This document shows, in pieces, positions 48,230-61,000 of a stretch of DNA of 64,000 nucleotides. Location of the stretch: NCBI GenBank assembly GCA_048128005.1, contig JBEUKZ010000071.1, positions 372,001 to 436,000 of the forward strand. Direction: 5' to 3'. Source of the DNA: Veleropilina oligotropha. Taxonomy: Eukaryota. How positions within the stretch are numbered: the first letter of the stretch is position 1; every line of letters begins with the position of its first letter. The translations under genes and the position numbers were made by a program. The notes under the pieces are model-generated. The model did not search any database and had not been told where the DNA came from. It saw nothing but the letters and a program-made list of their open reading frames with translations.

Positions 48230-51200
48230 CAGACAGCAACACACTTATGCATGCACATGCATGCGACAGCAACACACTTATGCATGTGCACGCATGTGAC
48301 AGCAACACTTATGCATGTACACACATGTGACAGCAACACACTTATGCATGTACACACATGTGACAGCAACACACTTATGCATGTACACACATGTGACAGC
48401 AACACACTTATGCATGTGCACACATGTGACAGCAACACACTTATGCATGTGCACACATGTGACAGCAACACACTTATGCATGTACACACATGTGACAGCA
48501 ACACACTTATGCATGTGCACACATGTGACAGCAACACACTTATGCATGTACACACATGTGACAGCAACACACTTATGCATGTGCACACATGTGACAGCAA
48601 CACACTTATGCATGTACACACATGTGACAGCAACACACTTATGCATGTGCACACATGTGACAGCAACACACTTATGCATGTACACACATGTGACAGCAAC
48701 ACACTTATGCATGTGCACACATGTGACAGCAACACACTTATGCATGCACACGCATGTGACAGCAACACACTTATGCATGCACACACGTGACAGCAACACA
48801 CGTATGCATGCACATGCATGTGCCAGCAACACACTTATGCATGCACACACATGTGACAGCAACACACTTATGCATGCACATGCATGTGTCAGCAACACGT
48901 ATGCATGCACACGCATGTGACAGCAACACACTTATGCATGCACACGCACATGACAGCAACACACTTATGCATGCACACACATGTGACAGCAACACACTTA
49001 TACATGCACACACATGTGACAGCAACACACTTATGCATGCACACACATGTGACAGCAACACACTTATGCATGCGCATGCATGTGACAGCAACACACTTAT
49101 GCATGCACACACATGTGACAGCAACACACTTATGCATGCTCACGCATGTAACAGCAACACACTTATGCATGCACACGCATGCATGCACACGCATGTGACA
49201 GCAACACACTTATGCATGCACATGCATGTGACAGCAACACACTTATGCATGCACACGCATGTGACAGCAACACACTTATGCATGCACACACATGTGACAG
49301 CAACACACTTATGCATGCACACGCATGTGACAGCAACACACTTATGCATGCTCACGCATGTGACAGCAGCACACTTATGCATGTTCACGCATGTGACAGC
49401 AACACACTTATGCATGCACACACATGTGACAGCAACACACTTATGCATGCACATGCACGTGACAGCAACACACTTATGCATGCACACACATGTGACAGCA
49501 ACACACTTATGCATGCTCACGCATGTGACAGCAACACACTTATGCATGCACACGCATGTGAAAGCAACACACTTATGCATGCACACGCATGTGACAGCAA
49601 CACACTTATGCATGCACACACATGTGACAGTAACACACTTATGCATGCACACACATGTGACAGCAACACACTTATGCAGGCACACACATGTGACAGCAAC
49701 ACACTTATGCATGCACACGCATGTGACAGCAGCACACTTATGCATGCACACGCATGTGCACGACATATGCATGCACTCGCATGTGACAGCAACACACTTG
49801 TGCATGCACATGCATGTGACAGCAACACACTTATGCATGCTCACGCATGTGACAGCAACACACTTATGCATGCACACACATGTGACAGCAACACACTTAT
49901 GCATGCACACGCATGTGACAGCAACACACTTATGCATGCACACGCATGTGACAGCAACACACTTATGCAGGCACACACATGTGACAGCAACACACTTATG
50001 CATGCACACACATGTGACAGCAGCACACTTATGCATGCACACGCATGTGCACGACATACTTATGCATGCACTCGCATGTGACAGCAACACACTTATGCAT
50101 GCTCATGCATGTGACAGCAACACACTTTTGCATGCTAACGCATGTGACAGCAACACACTTATGCATGCACATGCATGTGACAGCAACACACTTATGCATG
50201 CACACGCATGTGACAGCAACACACTTATGCATGCACACGCATGTGACAGCAACACACTTATGCATGCACACGCATGTGACAGCAACACACTTATGCATGC
50301 TCACGCATGTGACAGCAACACACTTATGCATGCACACGCATGTGACAGCAACACACTTATGCATGCACACACATGTGACAGCAACACACTTATGCATGCA
50401 CACGCATGTGACAGCAACACACATGCATGCACACACATGTGACAGCAACACACTTATGCATGCACACACATGTGACAGCAACACACTTATGCATGCACAT
50501 GCATGTGACAGCAACACACTTATGCATGCACACGCATGTGACAGCAACACACTTATGCATGCACACACATGTGACAGCAACACACTTATGCATGCACACG
50601 CATGTGACAGCAACACACTTATGCATGCACACGCATGTGACAGCAACACACTTATGCAAGCACATGCATGTGACAGCAACACACTTATGCATGCACACGC
50701 ATGTGCATGACATACTTATGCATGCACACACATGTGACAGCAACACACTTATGCATGCGCATGCATGCGACAGCAACACACTTATGCATGCACACACATG
50801 TGACAGCAACACACTTATGCATGCTCACGCATGTAACAGCAACACACTTATGCATGCACACGCATGCATGCATACGCATGTGACAGAAACACACTTATGC
50901 ATGCACACACATGTGACAGCAACACACTTATGCATGCACACACGTGACAGCAACACACATGCATGCACACACGTGACAGCAACACACTTATGCATGCACA
51001 CGCATGTGACAGCAACACACTTATGCATGCACATGCATGTGACAGCAACACACTTATGCATGCACACGCATGTGACAGCAACACACTTATGCATGCACAC
51101 ACATGTGACAGCAACACACTTATGCATGCACACGCATGTGACAGCAACACACTTATGCATGCACACGCATGTGACAGCAACACACTTATGCATGCACATG

Positions 51201-51240
51201 CATGTGACAGCAACACACTTATGCATGCACACGCATTTGC
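48230..51240. repeat. 33-bp purine-pyrimidine-rich minisatellite, ~90 units
   Basis: (GTGACAGCAACACACTTATGCATGCACACGCAT)n with variants. Confidence 0.97.
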
Positions 51241-51539
51241 ACGACATCGAAATTAGCAAAAGGCACCAGCTCACCAACTACTCATTATACCCTTGTCTTA
51301 AATTCGTTAATGCTTTCTTTCCGTTTCTAAAAAAATGCTTACCGTATCTTTAGGTAACTTGGTGGTTGCAGTAAATATTTGGTTAACTGGTGCTTTTTGC
51401 TGGTTTTAATATTGTATAGCAATTCATAGAGTTATTTTCCTTGTTATTAGTAAAACAACGATATTAATAGTTGAGAATATGTTGTTATTGGTTCCAAGTG
51501 ATGACATAATGTAAAATTGTGTACTTAATTTGGAACTTG

Positions 51540-52500
51540 TTTTTAACATGGATCTTATTTTGTTGGCAGGTTGGTGGAAGGTGTTGATGCCATATGTCTT
51601 GTAGATCATGGAGAGTTTTTCAGACACCCTGAACGTTGGTAACCCAATCTGAGGTGGCCGGTGTTGTGGTAGATCCGAGGCATTGGTATCCGGTGGCGAG
51701 AGGCGAGATTTGGGATGTTGAGCGACCACTCTGTATATCCATTCGCTCATAGTACTCGTCTGACATGCTCACGTTCCCTGTGTTTGTCTTGTGTAGTGGT
51801 TACATAGTTGTCCGCTCTGCTGAGGAGGGTTCTGATCTTTTATGTTCCAATGGGTGGTGTGATTGGAAGTTTTAAATATTGGTCCGTGTGGGTGGGTTTA
51901 CGGTACACTGTGATCTTGATGCTGCCGTCATCAAGAACATTGATACAGAGGTCGAGGAATGGGAGTTTGTTGTTTGCTTCCGGTTCGACTGTGAACTATA
52001 TGTTCGAATAAATGTTGTTGATATGAGCCATAAACGTCTCGACGTCGTAGTCATGCATCTTGACAAAGGTGTCATCCACATAACGGAGGCAGATGGAAGG
52101 GCTGACTGGTGAGGTGGTTAGAGCTATGTGTTCGAAGTTTTCCATGTATAGATTACATACGATAGGTGACACCGGGGAATCCATTGCTGCTCCGTGCGTC
52201 TGTTAGAAGAAGGCGCCGCCATATGTGAAGTAGGTTGGGTTGAGGCAGAGCTCCAGTATTAAAGGCCACGATCTGGGGAACAGTGAGTGAACATCTAGAT
52301 GGAAAAGTATCATCTGTCAGGAGCTTCTGGCGAATGATGTTGAGTGCTTTATCGACAAGCACACTAGTAAACAGCGCAGACACATCATAAGAGACAAGCT
52401 TCTGTCCGGGTGGAACGACGAGGTCTTTGGGGCGATCGATGAACGCCTTGCTGTTTTTAACACTGTATTGTGTCTTCCCCTCAAGCGGACCGATGATGTC
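51540..52500 (-). pseudogene. Penelope-like retroelement RT remnant
   Basis: SYDVSALFTSV, GAAMDSPVSPIVCNLYME, RYVDDTF, LPFLD and [11 protein letters not shown], spread across frameshifts. Confidence 0.88.
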
Positions 52501-52746
52501 TGCAATATATCGTGCGGCGTTGTACGTAATGCTGCCGCAGCTGGATACTATAGGCCTGAGATATTAATATTGCGAGAACATATAGTCATTGTATATGTAC
52601 CGTTGCGGGGGATATTGATAGCTCTGGCTTTTTATATACTTTCATTATTTAGCCTGTAATTATCTGTACAATAAAGTATTTAATGGTTTAAAATATATAT
52701 ACTCATCGCTTTATTTATGCAAATAATTATAGTTTCTGTATTTTAG

Positions 52747-52787
52747 GTATTATCCAATGCTCGACTATTTCTAGAAAATATTCTCAA
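52747..52787 (+). CDS. DGAT1: DGAT1 coding exon 3 (41 nt)
   Basis: TTTTAG acceptor; VLSNARLFLENILK (DGAT1 LSNARLFLEN motif); GTAAG donor; phase 0 join to exon 2. Confidence 0.93.
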
Positions 52788-52949
52788 GTAAGTTTTATAA
52801 TTTGTATGTGTCATTGTGATATAAAACAATATATTTAAAAGGTATTGATTATACATTTTATCAGTCGTAGACAGTCCACTGCAGGTATCTCAATCTGAAT
52901 TTTTGGAGTCAGTCGTGTCTACTGATGTGGTTGTGATGTTGGTGACCTT

Positions 52950-53781
52950 TGTTACAATATGATGTCTAATTACTTAACGAGTTAACTTTAAGAATGGTAA
53001 ATTAGTATTGTTATAACTGTGTAAAACGACTTGATGATTAATTGCACTAAGTGCCCATGCCATAAAGTGATTGACGTAACATAAGGCTGGCATGGGTGGA
53101 AGCGTTTGACATGTTTATATAACTGAGTTAGATTGATGATGATTACTATGAGTCATTTTGCACGCGTTACTAGTTCCACGTTGGAGATGCCACGTAGGCC
53201 AAATCATGATGTAATCCCAAAGCGCGCTAGCTGATTGGTTAAGAAGAGGGTGTGGCCCTTTTGAGAAGATCTGGTTTAAAGCCTGTGCGAGCCGAAGAGC
53301 GGCAGTCCCGACCTAACTCCAAGCTAGGAAGCACGCCCGGGCGGGGCTCATTTTGTGTAGCATAGAAAATTGTATACTATGTTATTGTAATGTTGAGGAC
53401 TTATATAAATGAATTGTCCTGAAACTACCAATGCCTTGAAATGTAATAAGCAAGATAATAACTCAACGACTCCAGCTGATAGCGTCTGGTCACGGGGATG
53501 TTATCGGGTACCATCGCATTCCAGCAGGGATATCACAACGGTCCAAAATACTGTTGGAATGAACTGAGTCGGCGAGTAGAGATAATAGCAGATAGCAGAG
53601 GAACCTAGACGACACGTATATCAGAAGACCATTAACCTCCCATGTGAGCTCCGAACATACGGCAAACAATTGCTACAGAACTATTTACTTATCCCATTAA
53701 CCCTGTGACGCTGTGACGGGCATTCCGCCAGTTCTTGAAGTCCGAACTTGGTAACACCATCTACAGCCCCGCAGTGTAACA
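52950..53781 (+). repeat. 5' LTR (~832 bp)
   Basis: TG...CA ends with a 7-bp inverted repeat; the first 336 bp are repeated at 56566-56901. Confidence 0.82.
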
Positions 53782-56565
53782 GTGGTTAATTTGGTGAGCG
53801 TGACCAGGTGAACCAAGCTGTTAATTTGGAAACGTGACCGGGCTGACCTACGAATATCAACAAACCGCAGAGGAAATATCGTGGTGGATGTTGCAGACCG
53901 GCATACCAAAAGACAGAGAGCAATTGAGATGGCGTATCGCATTGGAGCTGTTATCAACAATAACATAGGGTGAGTGTGTCATGTAATAAGTCTGCGTTTT
54001 GTAAATTACACCTGATTATAAAAGTAAAGTGATAGAAATGGCCGAAAGTACGGTTTCACATAGTAAATGTCATATGGCAGTGAGCGCCGGTGAGAAACCA
54101 GTCGAGTCATGTCAGTTAAATAATCCGAAGCAAAATTATGTTGAATATATTTATGATGAGAAAGGACTGAATGCGATAATTTGGACGTATATCAGCAAGA
54201 CTGAACGTTTACAAATAGTCCATAAATAAGAAGATGGTTGTATTGTACATAACTATTGCGTTTGCATGCTTTGAATTATATTATTTATATTGGAACCGGA
54301 ATAGAAAGATAGTTACCATACTTGAAGAGCTAAACTGTATTTATAGCAGAAATATGTATTGTTTCCATTGTGTAATGGATTTTTTATATGCCATGTAAAT
54401 CACTATTGAGACAGTCATAGTGTGGTATAAAACGAATGTCTATTAGTTTCTACAAATGCTGCGAGAAATTGTGTCAATTTATGCATTGGCTGTTTTAATG
54501 TATGTCGTATGATAAATTCTTGAGATATGCATTACTATAGCTGCCAGCGACTAGATTGATTACGAAATTTTGGCTCCTTGCAGCGAGGGATCAGCGCAGT
54601 TGACCTTTGTGTAAACAAACTCAGAGTATAGTATTTTGAAACTGGGAAAATACATTTTGCAGATTAATTGAGTTGGAAACAGAAATAGTGGAGCAGAAGA
54701 GATTAAATATTACAGAAAGTAGTAAATGTTAGAATTGTTTGATTTCATTTGACAAGTGTTGAGAAATAAAAGACGACCAAGAGCATTGTTATGTGAGGAC
54801 GCACATGTAATAAGAAACGTACATGTTAGGTGTCGACGTTATGTCGGGGGGCTGTTACAGCTTTTGAAAGGGGGAATTAAATCCTTTGCACCATAATACA
54901 GTTCGAAACCGGATAAGGGCGAACTGGTAAGGTTGATTGGACCTCGTGAATGCCAATCGGAAGAAGAGGTGAAATAATGTAACTGAAATCAAATAATAAA
55001 ACAGTCTTAGGGTGTACAGACATTAACGCAACTATAATAGAGACAGGGTAGAGTGATTCCCCTGAATAGTAAAAGTGCACTGAGGGTCGTGGTAGCAGTG
55101 GGGTGACAGACGTAAAGGGTGATATCTACTGATGAGATAGAGAGTGAGTGTTAGGTCTGTCTAACATGAGTTGGTAGATTTTGATTAATTTATTAGTGCT
55201 TGAACTAAAGGGTCACCGGGGCTTCGCGGTGTGTTCTTCGGCTTGGAACACGCTTCCTGGTTGTTGGATCAAATTGATTTTTGGTCTCGCTTAATGTTTT
55301 TATGTTCACATGTTGGATAGTCTAACGAATGCATTCTTCAGTAAGAGTTAGTAACGCGTGAATGATTGGTCGAGTCACGCCACTGATAACTGACCCATAA
55401 ATGAGGATCATGAATGAGGTGATTGAAAAAATGTGGATAAGAAGTCCACCAAATATAATCAAGGAGCGCTAAAGATGGTCAAATGAATAAATGATGACCA
55501 ATAGGCGGAGCGATGAATAAATTTGCAATAGGTAGTGTCTTGTAGTTTCGAGATTTTCGTAAAATCTGTTTGAGGGTTTATTGGTACTAATAAGTGACTA
55601 ACATTGAATCGAATGCCAAAGAGAAAGCATTATTTCCGAATTGAAAGGCATACAGCGATTGAGTTCTATTTGGCGTTCACGATCCTGTTAATGATTGTCA
55701 TAAAGGGATGTATAATGTTTAAACTTACGGTTCTTTGTGAGAAGAAATACGTCGGCCATACACTTAGTAGACAAGAGAACAGGTGTAATGCAGACAAGAC
55801 ACACGAAACCAATTAAGTAAATCAAAAATGTGCAATGTGTCGTCATCGGGAGATAATAGCCGATAACGCCTAACATACTCAATGGTGACTAGCCGTTCTA
55901 GTAAACAAGTTAAATGTTTTCTGGCCGAGAGGGCTGGACACTTGAAATTATTGAGTAACTGTGGTTTTAGTAAAACCTTAAATGAGAAGCTGTGGTTTAC
56001 GTAAAACCTTGAATAAGACGTTAAGAGTCGGACGTGTACATAGTATTGCCTAATGGTAAATCGTGTTGGTGTTAATTGAGAGCACCACTTTAGTTCAGGT
56101 GTGAACATAAGTTAGAGGACAGATATTGCTGCTTTGATCTTTCTTCCAGGTAATCCATTGTGCCACGATTAAATCAATGAATATACGTGCGACGACTAAG
56201 AACCTACGACATGTTTCATTGGTGCGACGATGAGAATTGGACATATTTACGAACTGTGTGTCTGGATCGTCGACCAATCGCACGAGATTAGGATTGAATG
56301 GATGTGCCTTGCGAGGAATGAACAAAGTGCGCGATTCACTTTATTTAGAGACCCATGTGATGATACATGGGGTTAAAGGGACTCTGTGAATTGATTGATG
56401 ATCTTAATTGTTTTGAATTACATTTGATTGTTGAGTTATATTGTGCATGCTTTATATTATTGTGCATGTTTTATTTTTGTTGAACTATGTTTTGATTACC
56501 GATCATATTGAATGACTATATGAGAATCTTAATTTGATTAATATTCTTCGAAGTATGGGCGGTTC

Positions 56566-56901
56566 TGTTACAATATGATGTCTAATTACTTAACGAGTTA
56601 ACTTTAAGAATGGTAAATTAGTATTGTTATAACTGTGTAAAACGACTTGATGATTAATTGCACTAAGTGCCCATGCCATAAAGTGATTGACGTAACATAA
56701 GGCTGGCATGGGTGGAAGCGTTTGACATGTTTATATAACTGAGTTAGATTGATGATGATTACTATGAGTCATTTTGCACGCGTTACTAGTTCCACGTTGG
56801 AGATGCCACGTAGGCCAAATCATGATGTAATCCCAAAGCGCGCTAGCTGATTGGTTAAGAAGAGGGTGTGGCCCTTTTGAGAAGATCTGGTTTAAAGCCT
56901 G
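56566..56901 (+). repeat. 5' part of the 3' LTR
   Basis: No differences seen from 52950-53285; identity stops exactly at AGCAGCAGGG. Confidence 0.92.
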
Positions 56902-57386
56902 AGCAGCAGGGGGGGTGACCATACCTTTTATCTGGGGGTGCGGCGAGGGAAATTAAGGCTCCCAGCACTTTTCAGAATTAATATGGATCTCAACTCAGCA
57001 GCAGGGGTGATCATACCTTTTATAATGGGAAAATAAGGCTCCCAGCACCTGTTCCAGGGGGGGTGACCATACCTTTTATCTGGGGGTGCGGCGAGGGAAA
57101 TTAAGGCTCCCAGCACTTTTCAGAATTAATATGGATCTCAACTCAGCAGCAGGGGGGCCAGTAGACTTTTTAGAATGGGAAAATACAGCGCCCAGCACCT
57201 TTTCAGAACTCAGGGTAGCTCGGACTAGTCAGCAGGGGAGTTTAGACTAGGGCCCCGGGGCGACCGGGAAGGCTCCCAGCTATATTTCAGACCCCAGGGT
57301 ATATCGTGTATTACAAAAAAGTTACCGTGTGTACAGCGACATAGAGCCCCCAGGGACGGCCCACTACCCTCGCCGGCCCGGGCTCC

Positions 57387-57668
57387 TCAGTTATGCGAGC
57401 AGTAGCAGGGGGGGTGAGTTTGATTTCGTGCAACTCCCTTTCTACCGTCTTTGGTCTTCTTCTTATATATCGCTTGTTCACCATTGTCGAGTACAACGAT
57501 CAAAACGTTATAGCCCCGGTTTAAGAGGTTTTTAACGCGCCTGAAGCTCCGTTCGCTGTACAGCGTAATAATGTCTTCCTGTGGCATGTTGCTTTCAAGT
57601 ATAACTACACAACGTCTAACATGCCGGTTATTTCTCACCGTGCACCGGGCTCGATATCTTAGTGTCAT
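57387..57668 (-). CDS. Basic hypothetical protein (93 aa), present only in copy 2
   Basis: ORF from MTLRYRAR, divergent from the zinc-finger gene; copy 1 keeps only the ATGACACTAA start. Confidence 0.55.
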   Translation of the reverse strand: MTLRYRARCTVRNNRHVRRCVVILESNMPQEDIITLYSERSFRRVKNLLNRGYNVLIVVLDNGEQAIYKKKTKDGRKGVARNQTHPPCYCSHN

Positions 57669-57695
57669 AATATCTATTAGAGACTGGTATATACA

Positions 57696-57989
57696 ATGAT
57701 AACCGCTATCAATATGTGGGGAACGGACACCTGTCAATGGCTCACCATCAGCTCCACGGAGCTATGTGGTAAGAGATGTCTGAACACGTATTGCAAAGTC
57801 CATCTGGCTCGGCAACGGCGAAATGGCCGGGGCACAAAACCCTGCAGCAAATGCGGGAAGGGCGTTTTCAACCGGCTTACGTTGTGTAAGGGCTGTGGGT
57901 ATAAGAGTGAGAACGGTATGGACTGGCAACGAAAGAAAAGGGCCTTCGAGAGAGAGTTTCTCCGCATGGCTGCAATTTACCACGCGTAA
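57696..57989 (+). CDS. Zinc-binding protein, 97 aa (copy 2)
   Basis: All Cys/His ligands are shared with 45431-45724. Confidence 0.85.
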   Translation: MITAINMWGTDTCQWLTISSTELCGKRCLNTYCKVHLARQRRNGRGTKPCSKCGKGVFNRLTLCKGCGYKSENGMDWQRKKRAFEREFLRMAAIYHA

Positions 57990-58037
57990 ATTTCATATTA
58001 GAGAAGTAAAGATCCTAGTGTGTACCCCCCCAGCAAC

Positions 58038-61000
58038 ATGGATGACCTGCGCAATCTAGCGAAAGATTATGGGATTCCCGCTCGGTCGAAGCTCAAGAAG
58101 CACGACCTCATCAGGGCAATCGCCAGGGTCCGTGCTGCGGAGTTTCGGAGCAGACTCGAGCGGGCGATGAAAACGGGAAGGTTCCCCTCCATACGTGGAG
58201 ATGTGGAGAACCCCCACAAAAGAGGCCGACGTGCTCGCGAGTTGCGGCAGATTAAGGACGAGGTCGACGCCGCCCTGCAGGCTCGTAAATACGAATCCCA
58301 GGCTGAGAAAAATCCCAGGATTCGACTGAAGCCACTTCGCGCCATCGCGGATCGAATCGTCAAGCGGTCTCGGAAAGAGACCCTTGCCCATGCTATTGCT
58401 CGGAAGGGGCCCGATCTTCTCATCTCCAAAACGCCCCGGACAGCCCAGGACTACCAGAAGGATCTTCTAGGGCAATTTACCACACCCGAGGGACAACGAT
58501 TCATCGACCTGGATGACCAGGTCCCTCCCCCAGTAAGGCTCCCAGCAAAAGAGCCATGGGTGGAACTCTTGAGCGACGCCAAAGACGAGTTTGAGGTCGA
58601 TGGCGCCGCGGCGGCTTTCTCCACATGGAGGGTAGAAGTGGCTGGACGGCTGGCCCTGGATGCCCGTATGACAGATGCAAGGGCGGCACAGCTCCTCACA
58701 GCCCTTCCAAAGGGCGAGTATGTCCTTAGAATAAAGTTCTTGCGTGAGTGGGGTGAAGGTGACTGGGTGGTCGAAGACAAGTTTGACCCGGTGAAAGCTG
58801 CGAGGAAGAAGGGCCAGGGTGTCTTTGAGATCTCTCAGGACACTAAGCCGGGTGCTATCACTGGGGTCGACAAGGTCTACTACGAGAATGCCTACCCGGT
58901 CACTGCAGTCGTCTACGGCGTCTATCCTCTCAGAGAACCAAACCCCGCCAACCTGGTTCCGATGAAGAACGGCGACCTCAACTGCGTTGCCCAACGAGTG
59001 GTTGAGCACTTCGAAGGTGCCCTTAGAGGACACGGACTCACCCCGACAAGGCGGCAGAAAATACTGGAGTGGGAAGAGCGAGTCCATGTAACAGGCGCCA
59101 CTGTGGATGATATAGCTACCCTCGAGAAGATCCTCAAACGGGCGATCACCTTGAGAGACATTGCAGGTGCCGACATCTACAACAGTGGGAAATACCAGGC
59201 CAGTATGTGGAAGTCCATAGAACTCATCTGTCACAACGGCCACGCCTGGTCGAAGGACCTACACTTCCCGCAAAGTAGAGAGGTCCACCTGTATGAGGGC
59301 GATGTCTGGGAAGCTATTCGACAAGCCACACAGAATGAGCCATTGGCTGTCTGGCTCCTAGGCGGTAAAGACCGACAGCTCGGCGTGGACCAGTTCGTGC
59401 TGCAAGATGGCCGCACTTACCGGACAAAAGAGGCTCACGAGAGACTCCAAGAAGCCTGTACAGCGCTGGGGAATGAGTCCCTAGCCGATCGAGCCTTTGG
59501 CGTGAACCATGCAGCTAGCATTATGGCTAAGGAGACCAACGGCTGGAAACCCACCCCAGCGGGCCTGCTCGATGACATCCAGAAGGCCTGTGTAGAGCAT
59601 GGCCACGGCGGCCTGTGGAATTCCATGAATTACGACACGGGCGATGTCTGCTGCATCGATATGAAATCCTGCTACCCTGCAAGCTTTCTGGGGAAGGGCG
59701 AGGCTAAGCCGTACTTCGAAAGATTCGGGCACCCAACCCACAGCATGACCCGGGTCGCAATTAACGGTCCTCTACCCCGAGAAATCGGTACCGGGTTTGC
59801 CGAGGTCGTGGAATGGGAGTTCGCACAAGACATCCACCCCGTCATTGTAGCATGGTTCGGAAAGCACTTTGCAGAAATGAGTTGGGCACCCACCCCGCTG
59901 CTCGCCTTCCTCGTAGACTCTGGACTGCTAAAAAGCCTCAAGATCCGAGAGGCCATTATCGCCTTCAAAAATCAACTCGATGTCTGGCTTCCTCTGGATC
60001 GTGACCAGGGATGCAGTATCATCGGCAAATTCACCCAAGGCGCCAAGGCTGACGGCAAAAGATTGACTCGTAGACTGGTGACCGACCAGGGTGAGCTCGA
60101 CTTCCTCGTAAGAGACACCCGCCAAAGCGGCACCCTGGTTGGCGCTCCTCAGAGATGCCCCCTCGGTCACATCCTCACGTACTATGATGGCTCCCAGCCT
60201 CAGTACGCCCACCTGAGGGCATCCATGTTGGCCTATGCACACATAAACCTCTTGAGCATGCTGAAGCGTTTCAGTGCAGCAGAAGCCGTCCGGGTAGCCA
60301 CGGACAGCATCTACCTCAAGAAGGCCTCGTTGGAGAAGCTCGACGATGTCACGGTGTACGTTGCCCCCAGACTCTGCGGCTGTCGCAGCCAATCGTGCAT
60401 CTCATGTCTGATCGCGGAGCCGTACCTTCCGCCAGTAGCACCAGCCCAGTGGCGTGACAAGGGCGAACAGCTGTATATGCCACAGGAACATGCCGCATAC
60501 CTACCCAAGCCAGAGTATTGTTGTGCCGCCAATTCCAGCCAGCCGAGCACCGCGCCATGCTACAATGACACACTGACCCACCATCGCCTGAGTTACCTCA
60601 ACGGTGGAGGGGGCTGTGGCAAGACTACGAGAGCGATCGAGCTCTTTCGGGCAAGGAATCCCGTCGTGTTCACACCAACCCACCGCCTCGCTAAAGAGAT
60701 GCGGACCAGAGGCGTCAAAGCCCAGACCTACCACAGCTTCTTCCGATGGAGCGGCCAGAACGACTGGACGCCTGATCGCATGGGTCAGAAGTTCATCCCG
60801 CGCGTCATTATCTGGGACGAGGTCTGTACTGTTCCCCGGCACATCCTAGAGATGTTCTTGGACTGGCTGGGCCGCCACGAAGTGCAGGTTATCTGCTGTG
60901 GTGATCAAGGCCAGCCACCACCGATTACGGGCGAGATGCCGCACGATTGGCTGCGAAAGACCGCGGACTACTATGAAGAGATCGAAGTAGACTACAGGGC

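Larger units (their letters stand above)
52950..56901 (+). mobile_element. Non-autonomous LTR retrotransposon; 3' LTR interrupted by virus copy 2
   Basis: 5' LTR TGTTACA...TGTAACA (52950-53781), PBS-like TGGTGAGCGTGACCAGG shortly after, a 2.8-kb interior with no long ORF, and a second LTR from 56566. Confidence 0.88.

Noticed and set aside
48179..51353. His/Cys/Met-rich ORFs resembling metal-binding proteins
   Set aside because: Translations of a 33-bp minisatellite, with frequent frame switches.
56919..56924. CCATAC in copy 2's terminus matches copy 1's insertion-site flank
   Set aside because: A 5-6 bp match is expected by chance, and copy 2's own target (GCCTG) differs, so there is no sign of sequence-specific targeting.
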